Shown in pieces: positions 56,692-64,000 of a DNA stretch of 64,000 bases. How positions within the stretch are numbered: the stretch's first letter is position 1; each line of letters opens with the position of its first letter. A model generated the notes under the pieces. That model saw only the letters and a list, made by a program, of their open reading frames with translations, did no database searches and was not told the origin of the DNA. Source of the stretch: an uncultured Cryomorphaceae bacterium. Its GTDB lineage: Bacteria; Bacteroidota; Bacteroidia; Flavobacteriales_D; Cryomorphaceae. The position numbers and the translations under genes are program-made. The stretch spans positions 26,220 to 90,219 of the forward strand of contig CAZNOG010000009.1 of assembly GCA_964574635.1 (NCBI GenBank), read 5' to 3'.

Positions 56692-56717
56692 GATACTTTT
56701 TGTTTGTGGAATGCGAA

Positions 56718-57515
56718 TTACTTCGCCGACTTTTCAAACAGGGCTTCCATTTTCTCCCGCTCTTCGTTGGCCAGTTCAGAATCCACCAAGACCCGTCCAC
56801 TGTGCTCGTCCACGATGATCTTCTGCCGCGCCGCCACGTCGAGTTGTCTTTGCGGGGGAATTTTGATGTACGATCCCGCGGATGCTTCCCGATCGATGGG
56901 CACCACGGCCAGACCGTTCTTGGATCCTCCGCGGATGCGTTCGTAGGCTTTCACGAGGCGGTCGTCGATTTGGGCTTTGGCCTCTTCAGACATTTTCAAC
57001 AGCGTCTTCTCTTCCTTCTCCGTTTCACTCACGATGTCATCCAATTCCTTGCGCTTGGCTTCCAAATCATTTTTGCGGCTCTCCAACAGCTCTGAAGTTT
57101 CTTCCAGCACGGAGCTCTTGGCTTCGATCTGCGCTTTGAATTCTTTGATGCGCTTCTCCGCCAGTTTTATCTCCAAGTCTTGATATTCGATTTCTTTGTT
57201 GAGCGACTCAAACTCGCGGTTGTTTCTCACGTTGTCTTGTTGCTCCTTGTATTTCTTGATCAGCGCTTTAGATTCGGTAATGGAGTTTTTGTTGTTGGTG
57301 ATCGACGTTTCCAACTCCTCGCTCTCGCCCTTCAATTTGTTGTAGCGGGTTTCCAAGCCTTCGATTTCGTCTTCGAGATCCTGCACTTCAAAGGGCAATT
57401 CGCCTCGTACTGTGCGAATCTTGTCGATGCGTGAATCTATGAGCTGGAGGCGGTACAGCGCCCTCAATTTATCTTCTGTGGATACTGTGGATTTCTTTGC
57501 TTTCGTAGCGGCCAT
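56718..57515 (-). CDS. DUF164 coiled-coil protein with degenerate C-terminal zinc ribbon
   Basis: LRALYRLQLIDSRIDKIR..RGELP.EV.DLE... plus a long coiled coil. The C-terminal IKIPPQ...DEHSGRVLV has no Cys. Sits downstream of Nif3, as in many bacteria. Confidence 0.85.
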   Translation of the reverse strand: MAATKAKKSTVSTEDKLRALYRLQLIDSRIDKIRTVRGELPFEVQDLEDEIEGLETRYNKLKGESEELETSITNNKNSITESKALIKKYKEQQDNVRNNREFESLNKEIEYQDLEIKLAEKRIKEFKAQIEAKSSVLEETSELLESRKNDLEAKRKELDDIVSETEKEEKTLLKMSEEAKAQIDDRLVKAYERIRGGSKNGLAVVPIDREASAGSYIKIPPQRQLDVAARQKIIVDEHSGRVLVDSELANEEREKMEALFEKSAK

Positions 57516-57533
57516 GGTCGGAATTTCAATTAT

Positions 57534-58631
57534 TTAGATGTAGTGAATCGGATTTGTATTCACTTCTGTCAAATGGGTTGCAAAATTACTAAATTTTCCT
57601 CGTAAGATTTCAACCAATAATTCCGAAGTAAACCTTTCGCTTTCATGGTGTCCGATATCGATGATGGCGGGCGACCCGTCGGTGTCGAAAAAGTCGTGGT
57701 ACTTGTAATCGCCCGTAACGAACACATCCGCCCCGGCGGCTTTCGCCGCTTGAAACAAAAAGCTGCCCGATCCTCCGCACAGGGCCACGCGGCTCACTTT
57801 TTCCTTCCGCGCCGGCGTGTAGCGAATCGCTTGCAATTCCATGGTTTTCTTCAAATGGTGGAGGAAGTCGACAAACCCCATGGGTTCGGGGAGTTCACCC
57901 ACCATTCCCGAGCCTACGGTTTGATTTTCGTTTTCCAAGGCGTGCAGGTAGTAGGCCACTTCCTCGTACGGGTGAGCCGTGCGCAAGGCGCGCATTACGG
58001 CATCGGTCAATTGGGCGGGAAACATGATCTCCACCCGCGTTTCGGGTTCTTCGTGCGGTTTGGCCACGTGGCCGATGGTCGGGTTGGCGCCTTCTTCGGG
58101 CGTAAAGGTTCCTGTGCCTTCGAGGTTGAAGCTGCACCCGGAATAATTGCCGATGACTCCCGCACCCACTTTGAAAATCTCCCCCCGCACCGCCTCGGCG
58201 TGTTCGTGGGGAACGAAAAACACGAGTTTCATCAGCACGTTGCGCTTGGGCGCCAAAATGCGCGTGTCTTTCAAACCGATGCGCCGAGCGAACATTCCGT
58301 TGACGCCCTCGGGCACATTGTCCAAGTTGGTGTGGATGGCGTACACGGCTATGTCGTGTTTTATCGCTTTGGCGGCCGTGCGCTGCACGTAGTTTTCTCC
58401 CACCAGGCGCTTCAGCCCGGAAAAGATCAACGGATGGTGACTCACCACCAGGTTGCACCCCTTGGCGATGGCCTCGTCGATGACCTCTTCCGTACAGTCG
58501 AGGCTTACCACCACTCCGCTCACTTCGGCTTCGGCATCGCCGATGAGCAGCCCCACGTTGTCGTACGACTCCGCATACGCCTTGGGAGCCATGTTTTCCA
58601 AAAACCGCGCGATGTCCTTTATTTGTACCAT
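57534..58631 (-). CDS. Nif3-like dinuclear metal-centre protein
   Basis: Start at MVQIKDIARFLE. Contains NVGLLIGD, SHHPLIF, HTNLD, and a PII-like insert. The upstream 200 codons of the ORF overlap lpxK antisense. Confidence 0.9.
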   Translation of the reverse strand: MVQIKDIARFLENMAPKAYAESYDNVGLLIGDAEAEVSGVVVSLDCTEEVIDEAIAKGCNLVVSHHPLIFSGLKRLVGENYVQRTAAKAIKHDIAVYAIHTNLDNVPEGVNGMFARRIGLKDTRILAPKRNVLMKLVFFVPHEHAEAVRGEIFKVGAGVIGNYSGCSFNLEGTGTFTPEEGANPTIGHVAKPHEEPETRVEIMFPAQLTDAVMRALRTAHPYEEVAYYLHALENENQTVGSGMVGELPEPMGFVDFLHHLKKTMELQAIRYTPARKEKVSRVALCGGSGSFLFQAAKAAGADVFVTGDYKYHDFFDTDGSPAIIDIGHHESERFTSELLVEILRGKFSNFATHLTEVNTNPIHYI

Positions 58632-58688
58632 GTTCCGTCGAATTACTGAAATTTGCTGATTTTGCACCTGAACAAGCAAAGCTAAGGA

Positions 58689-59732
58689 ATGCGCAAATTT
58701 CGATGGATGACGGCCCCGATCGCCCTGCTGTACGGAAGCATCCTGTACGTGAGGAACTTCCTGTACAACAAGGGGGTTTTGAAATCTCATCGGCCGTCGA
58801 TGAAAACCATCGTCTTGGGAAATCTCTCCTTGGGCGGGACGGGCAAAACGCCCATGGTGGAGTACCTCCTCCGCCTGATTCCCCACGGTAAGGTGGCCGT
58901 GTTGAGTCGTGGTTACGGTCGTGAGACGACCGGCACGTACACCGTCCAACCCACAAAATCCACCGCCCGGGAAGCCGGCGACGAACCCCTTCAAATCGCG
59001 GGAAAATTCCCGGAAGTGCCCGTGGTTTGCGATGTGGACAGGCTTCGAGGATTGGAGTACGTCGAGAAAAACTTCCCTGAAACGCAGATCGTCATCCTCG
59101 ACGACGCGCTCCAACACCGGCGATTGCGCGGAGGGCTCAACATCCTGCTCACGCCTTTCGAAAAGCCGTTTCCCCGCGACCACGTCCTCCCTTGGGGTGA
59201 ATTGCGCGATCACCCCGTGCGCGCGCGCCAAGCCGACGTGTTCGTCGTGACCAAAACCCCACCCTCACCCGACCCCAATGAGAAATCCCGCATCCAAACC
59301 GACTTGGACAAGTACGGCAAGCCCGTATTTTTCAGCACCATTCGTTACGGTGAAATGCGAAATCTCTTCGGAACCGACCGCGGCGATTTGGTTGAAGGCG
59401 AGGGCGTGATCGTGGTGACGGGCATCGCCAAGCCGAGTTATTTTCTCGAAGAAATCCGGAAGAAGTACGCGGTGGTCCGGCATTTCTCCTTCCCCGACCA
59501 CCACGCTTTCACGGCGGGCGATCTTGGGCTGATTCGCGATTTTATTGGTAATTTCGCGGGTGCCATCCACGCGGTGATCACCACGGAAAAAGACGCCGTG
59601 CGCCTCGTTGAGTACCGCGAACGGTGGGATGATCACCTCCCGCCGGTGTACGGTTGGGAAATTGAGACCGATTTCGGAAAGAGAAAATCGGAATTTGACC
59701 AAGTGATTTTAAACTATGTCGATCAACCTTAA
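58689..59732 (+). CDS. lpxK: tetraacyldisaccharide 4'-kinase
   Basis: VLGNLSLGGTGKTPMVEYL...LSRGYGR...ILDDALQH. Confidence 0.9.
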   Translation: MRKFRWMTAPIALLYGSILYVRNFLYNKGVLKSHRPSMKTIVLGNLSLGGTGKTPMVEYLLRLIPHGKVAVLSRGYGRETTGTYTVQPTKSTAREAGDEPLQIAGKFPEVPVVCDVDRLRGLEYVEKNFPETQIVILDDALQHRRLRGGLNILLTPFEKPFPRDHVLPWGELRDHPVRARQADVFVVTKTPPSPDPNEKSRIQTDLDKYGKPVFFSTIRYGEMRNLFGTDRGDLVEGEGVIVVTGIAKPSYFLEEIRKKYAVVRHFSFPDHHAFTAGDLGLIRDFIGNFAGAIHAVITTEKDAVRLVEYRERWDDHLPPVYGWEIETDFGKRKSEFDQVILNYVDQP

Positions 59733-60528
59733 CGTGCCTCTGGAGTACATTTCCGGTCGCGCGCCATTTCGCCCCGAAGTGGGCATCATTTTGGGATCGG
59801 GCCTCGGCGCCCTCGCCGACCGCATCGAGAATCCCACTCGAATTCCCTACACCGAAATTCCGGAATTCCCGCAATCTACGGTGGAAGGGCACAAGGGCGA
59901 ACTGATCTTCGGGGAGATTTCCGGCAAGAAGGTTTTGGCCGTGAACGGGCGCTTCCACTACTACGAGGGCTACACCATGAATCAAGTCGTGGCGCCCGTG
60001 CGCATCATGGCGCTCATGGGCGCCCACACGTTGATGGTGTCAAACGCCTGCGGGGGGGTGAACCCCGACTTTGAGATCGGCGACTTGATGATGATCACCG
60101 ATCACATCAACCTCTTTCCCGACAACCCGCTGATGGGCCCCAACAACGACGAGTGGGGAAGGCGGTTTCCGGACATGAGCCAAACTTACGACCGCCGATT
60201 GAGGGAGATCGCCACCAAGGCGGATTCCGAACTCGGCATCGGCATGCGCTCGGGCGTGTACGCCGGATTGACCGGCCCCTGCCTCGAAACGCCGGCCGAG
60301 TACAAATACATCCGCATCATCGGTGCCGACGCCGTGGGAATGAGCACGGTACCCGAAGTCATCGCCGCCCATCACATGGGCATGCGGTGTTTCGGCATGA
60401 GCGTCATCACCGATTTGGGCGTAGAGGGAAAGATCGTCGAAACCACGCACCAAGACGTGGTGAAAGTAGCTTCGGAGACTTCACCCAAGATGATCGCCTT
60501 GTTCGAACACATGCTGAAAAACTTATGA
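59716..60528 (+). CDS. purine nucleoside phosphorylase (PNP/MTAP family)
   Basis: GIILGSGLG...STVEGHKGELIFG...GRFHYYEGY...SNA.GG.N...GMSTVPEV. Confidence 0.92.
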   Translation: MSINLNVPLEYISGRAPFRPEVGIILGSGLGALADRIENPTRIPYTEIPEFPQSTVEGHKGELIFGEISGKKVLAVNGRFHYYEGYTMNQVVAPVRIMALMGAHTLMVSNACGGVNPDFEIGDLMMITDHINLFPDNPLMGPNNDEWGRRFPDMSQTYDRRLREIATKADSELGIGMRSGVYAGLTGPCLETPAEYKYIRIIGADAVGMSTVPEVIAAHHMGMRCFGMSVITDLGVEGKIVETTHQDVVKVASETSPKMIALFEHMLKNL

Positions 60529-61994
60529 TCGCCGAGAACCCGGAAATCATCGCTAAATACCAAGTGGTCATCGGCTTGGAAGTGCACGCACAGATGTCGA
60601 CGCTGAGCAAGGCCTATTCCGGCGACCGAAACGCCTACGCGGGCAGCCCGAATTCCTACACCTCGCCCCTCACCTTGGGCCATCCCGGAACGCTTCCGCG
60701 CTTCAATGAGCGCACCTTGGAATACGCAATCAAAATGGGTCTGGCCACGGGAAGCACCATTTCACGGGCCATGCACTTCGCGCGGAAAAATTATTTCTAC
60801 GCCGACCTGCCCAAAGGCTACCAAATCACCCAAGACACCACGCCCATTTGCACGGGGGGATCGATCGAGATCAAAGACGCCGAAGGTCGGCCGAAACGCA
60901 TCGGCATCACGAGAATCCACATGGAAGAAGACGCGGGCAAAAGCATCCACGATCAAGACCCCGACAATACGCTCATCGACCTGAATCGCGCCGGCGTTCC
61001 CCTCATCGAGATCGTCAGCGAGCCGGACATGCGCTCGCCCGAGGAAGCTTACAACTACCTCGCTGAGGTGAGGCGGTTGGTAAGGCATTTGGAAATTTGC
61101 GACGGAAACATGGAAGAAGGCAGCCTCCGCTGCGACGCCAACGTCTCGGTGATGCTCAAAGGCTCGTCGACCTTCGGAAACCGCTGCGAAGTGAAGAACA
61201 TGAACTCGTTGCGCAACGTGCAGAGGGCCATCGAATACGAAATGAAGCGGCAGATCGCCCTCCTCGAATCGGGCGTCAAAGAGATCGATCAGGAAACGAG
61301 GAGCTTCGACGCCGTACGAGGCGTGACCTTTACGTTGAGGAGCAAAGAAGACGCCCACGATTACCGTTATTTTCCCGAGCCGGACCTCCCGCCCATCACC
61401 ATTACGGAGCCGCAAATCGAGGAAATTCGCCGGGCCATGCCTCCTCTGCCGTCGGAACTCCTCGCCAAATACCGCGGTGAACTCGGACTCTCGGAATACG
61501 ATTCCGACATTTTGGTCGAAGACAAAAACACCTCGCTGTATTACAACCAACTGATCGAGCACACCTCGAATTACAAGGCCGCGGCCAACTGGGTGATCGG
61601 CGACATCCGATCGCATTTGAACCAAACCGCGACCGACATCGCACGCTTTCCCGTGAAGCCGCGCAGCATCGCGCGCTTAATCGCCTTGATCGACGAGGGG
61701 AAGATCAGCAATTCCGTGGCTTCCCAATCTCTGTTCCCGAAATTGATCGAAGAGCCGAATGCGGATCCCGCCGAAATCGCGGAAAGGGAAAATCTCATTC
61801 AAAGCAGCGACGACGACTGGCTGATCGGACTCGCCGGAGAGGTCTTGGACATGTACCCCGACAAGGTACAAGCCTACAAACAGGGCAATAAAGGATTGCT
61901 GGGGCTGTTTATGGGAGAGGTGATGAAAAAATCCGAACGCAGGGCAAACCCCAAAAAGGCCAGTGAAATCATTAAAAAAATCCTGGAAGAATGA
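60525..61994 (+). CDS. gatB: Asp/Glu-tRNA amidotransferase subunit B
   Basis: Start at MIAENPEII (ATGA overlap with PNP). Contains VIGLEVHAQ, RKNYFYADLPKGYQITQ, HMEEDAGKS. Confidence 0.95.
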   Translation: MIAENPEIIAKYQVVIGLEVHAQMSTLSKAYSGDRNAYAGSPNSYTSPLTLGHPGTLPRFNERTLEYAIKMGLATGSTISRAMHFARKNYFYADLPKGYQITQDTTPICTGGSIEIKDAEGRPKRIGITRIHMEEDAGKSIHDQDPDNTLIDLNRAGVPLIEIVSEPDMRSPEEAYNYLAEVRRLVRHLEICDGNMEEGSLRCDANVSVMLKGSSTFGNRCEVKNMNSLRNVQRAIEYEMKRQIALLESGVKEIDQETRSFDAVRGVTFTLRSKEDAHDYRYFPEPDLPPITITEPQIEEIRRAMPPLPSELLAKYRGELGLSEYDSDILVEDKNTSLYYNQLIEHTSNYKAAANWVIGDIRSHLNQTATDIARFPVKPRSIARLIALIDEGKISNSVASQSLFPKLIEEPNADPAEIAERENLIQSSDDDWLIGLAGEVLDMYPDKVQAYKQGNKGLLGLFMGEVMKKSERRANPKKASEIIKKILEE

Positions 61995-63121
61995 AGACTT
62001 TGAAATGGCTACCGATCACCCTCTTGGCGTTGGCTGTCGGCTGCACGAACGCGCAGGAGGAAAACACCGTATCGGGCACGATCGACAACGCGGAGGGAAG
62101 TGAACTCCACCTCATCGGATACAAAATGGGCACCCCGGACACTTTGGGCACCACCACATTGGACGCCGAGGGAAATTTCTCTTTCACCGTGCCGCCGGCG
62201 CGACCCAACTTCTACGTATTGTCTTTCGACAACTCCCAAAGCATCACGCTTTACCTCGACAGCACCGAAACGGACGTCGAGGTGTTCGCCGACCTCAACA
62301 CCTTGAATCGGACGTATCAAGTGGAGGGGTCTGTGGAAAGCGAAGACCTGCGAAACCTATTCGTGACGGAAACCAAGTACCGCACGGAACTCGATTCGCT
62401 GATGAAAGCCATGCAGCAAGCCGCCACATCGGGCGACAACGAATCGCGGGTGCAACTCAGCGAGAGGTACAATCTCCTCGGCCGGGAATACAAGGAATAT
62501 CTGCTGCGATTCATCGACGAGGACTCCACGCGAATCGCCAACTACAATACTTTGCAGCGCTTGGACCCGAACAACGAATTCGAGTACATTCAGCGCGTGC
62601 GCAACGGCTTGGGGGTATCGATGAAAGGAAATTACTTCTACGACCGCTTGGCGGAGGAAGTGGCGCGATTCGAAGAGAGAAAGCGGGCCGAACAAGGCTT
62701 TGCCCCCGGTGCGGTGGCACCGGATATCGTGCTGCCCGACCCCGAGGGAAACCTCGTGAAGCTTTCGGACTACCGCGGCAACTACGTCCTGATCGACTTT
62801 TGGGCGTCGTGGTGCAAGCCTTGCCGCGTCGAAAACCCCAACGTGGTGGCCATGTACAACAGGTTCGCTTCGGAAAATTTCGAGATATTCGGCGTGTCCC
62901 TCGACCGCAGTCGAGAGAATTGGCTGCAAGCCATTCAGGACGACGGCCTCACCTGGCCCCAAGTCAGCGACTTGAAATTCTGGAACAGCGCCGCGGCCCG
63001 TCTGTACAACGTGAACGCGATTCCTCATACGGTGTTGATCGATCCGGAAGGCAAGATCATCGCGTCCAAGTTGCGGGGACAAGCTTTGGAAAGAAAACTC
63101 GAGGAAATTTTCGGCGCCTGA
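61991..63121 (+). CDS. TlpA family thiol:disulfide oxidoreductase with N-terminal DUF4369-like domain
   Basis: Lipoprotein-like signal (LALAVGCTN) and LIDFWASWCKPCRVENP. Confidence 0.88.
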   Translation: MKTLKWLPITLLALAVGCTNAQEENTVSGTIDNAEGSELHLIGYKMGTPDTLGTTTLDAEGNFSFTVPPARPNFYVLSFDNSQSITLYLDSTETDVEVFADLNTLNRTYQVEGSVESEDLRNLFVTETKYRTELDSLMKAMQQAATSGDNESRVQLSERYNLLGREYKEYLLRFIDEDSTRIANYNTLQRLDPNNEFEYIQRVRNGLGVSMKGNYFYDRLAEEVARFEERKRAEQGFAPGAVAPDIVLPDPEGNLVKLSDYRGNYVLIDFWASWCKPCRVENPNVVAMYNRFASENFEIFGVSLDRSRENWLQAIQDDGLTWPQVSDLKFWNSAAARLYNVNAIPHTVLIDPEGKIIASKLRGQALERKLEEIFGA

Positions 63122-63140
63122 TCGCCGTGGGCCGGAAGCC

Positions 63141-64000
<860 letters not shown>

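Overview
This is a 64-kb chromosomal segment from a Bacteroidota genome. The evidence for that assignment is T9SS C-terminal sorting domains, the Flavobacteriia-like synteny rsfS-ftsH-DUF2007-cdsA-psd, and mostly Shine-Dalgarno-less starts. Sampled core genes are roughly 55-60% GC. I call about 70 protein genes, one tRNA-Glu(UUC), and no rRNA, cas, integrase or reverse transcriptase genes.

Most of the window is densely packed housekeeping, often with ATGA-type start/stop overlaps:
- a System I cytochrome c maturation cluster (ccmBCDEF)
- lpdA, hemN and a Crp/Fnr regulator
- an M16 peptidase pair, mscS and a RecD-like helicase
- the run rsmD, SIS isomerase, kdsA, coaD
- pyrE, birA, upp, radC, rpsT, gpmA and proS
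- Nif3 with DUF164
- the run lpxK, PNP, gatB, tlpA, lpxH, and a partial gap at the right edge

Two AT-richer plastic patches stand out.
- 8.4-12.6 kb: the 3' end of lpdA is duplicated 3,008 bp downstream around a T9SS-cargo insert, followed by a truncated paralog.
- 15.0-17.9 kb: a GATC-dense higher-order tandem repeat array, an IS256 transposase remnant, and a twice-repeated cargo/lipoprotein module with one disrupted and one frameshifted copy.

Other points worth follow-up:
- a Cys-type (CPSKY) CcmE, as in variant System I
- the same FNR-like palindrome upstream of both USP-hemN and a YceI-porin operon
- two families of short dispersed intergenic motifs
- a GC-rich structured 340-nt convergent intergenic region
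- an extremely Tyr-rich, RTAP-repeat lipoprotein

I see no recognisable defence, toxin or secondary-metabolite system. All functions come from motif recognition by eye, with no searches run. Internal start codons were chosen by signal-peptide and homolog logic and may be off.
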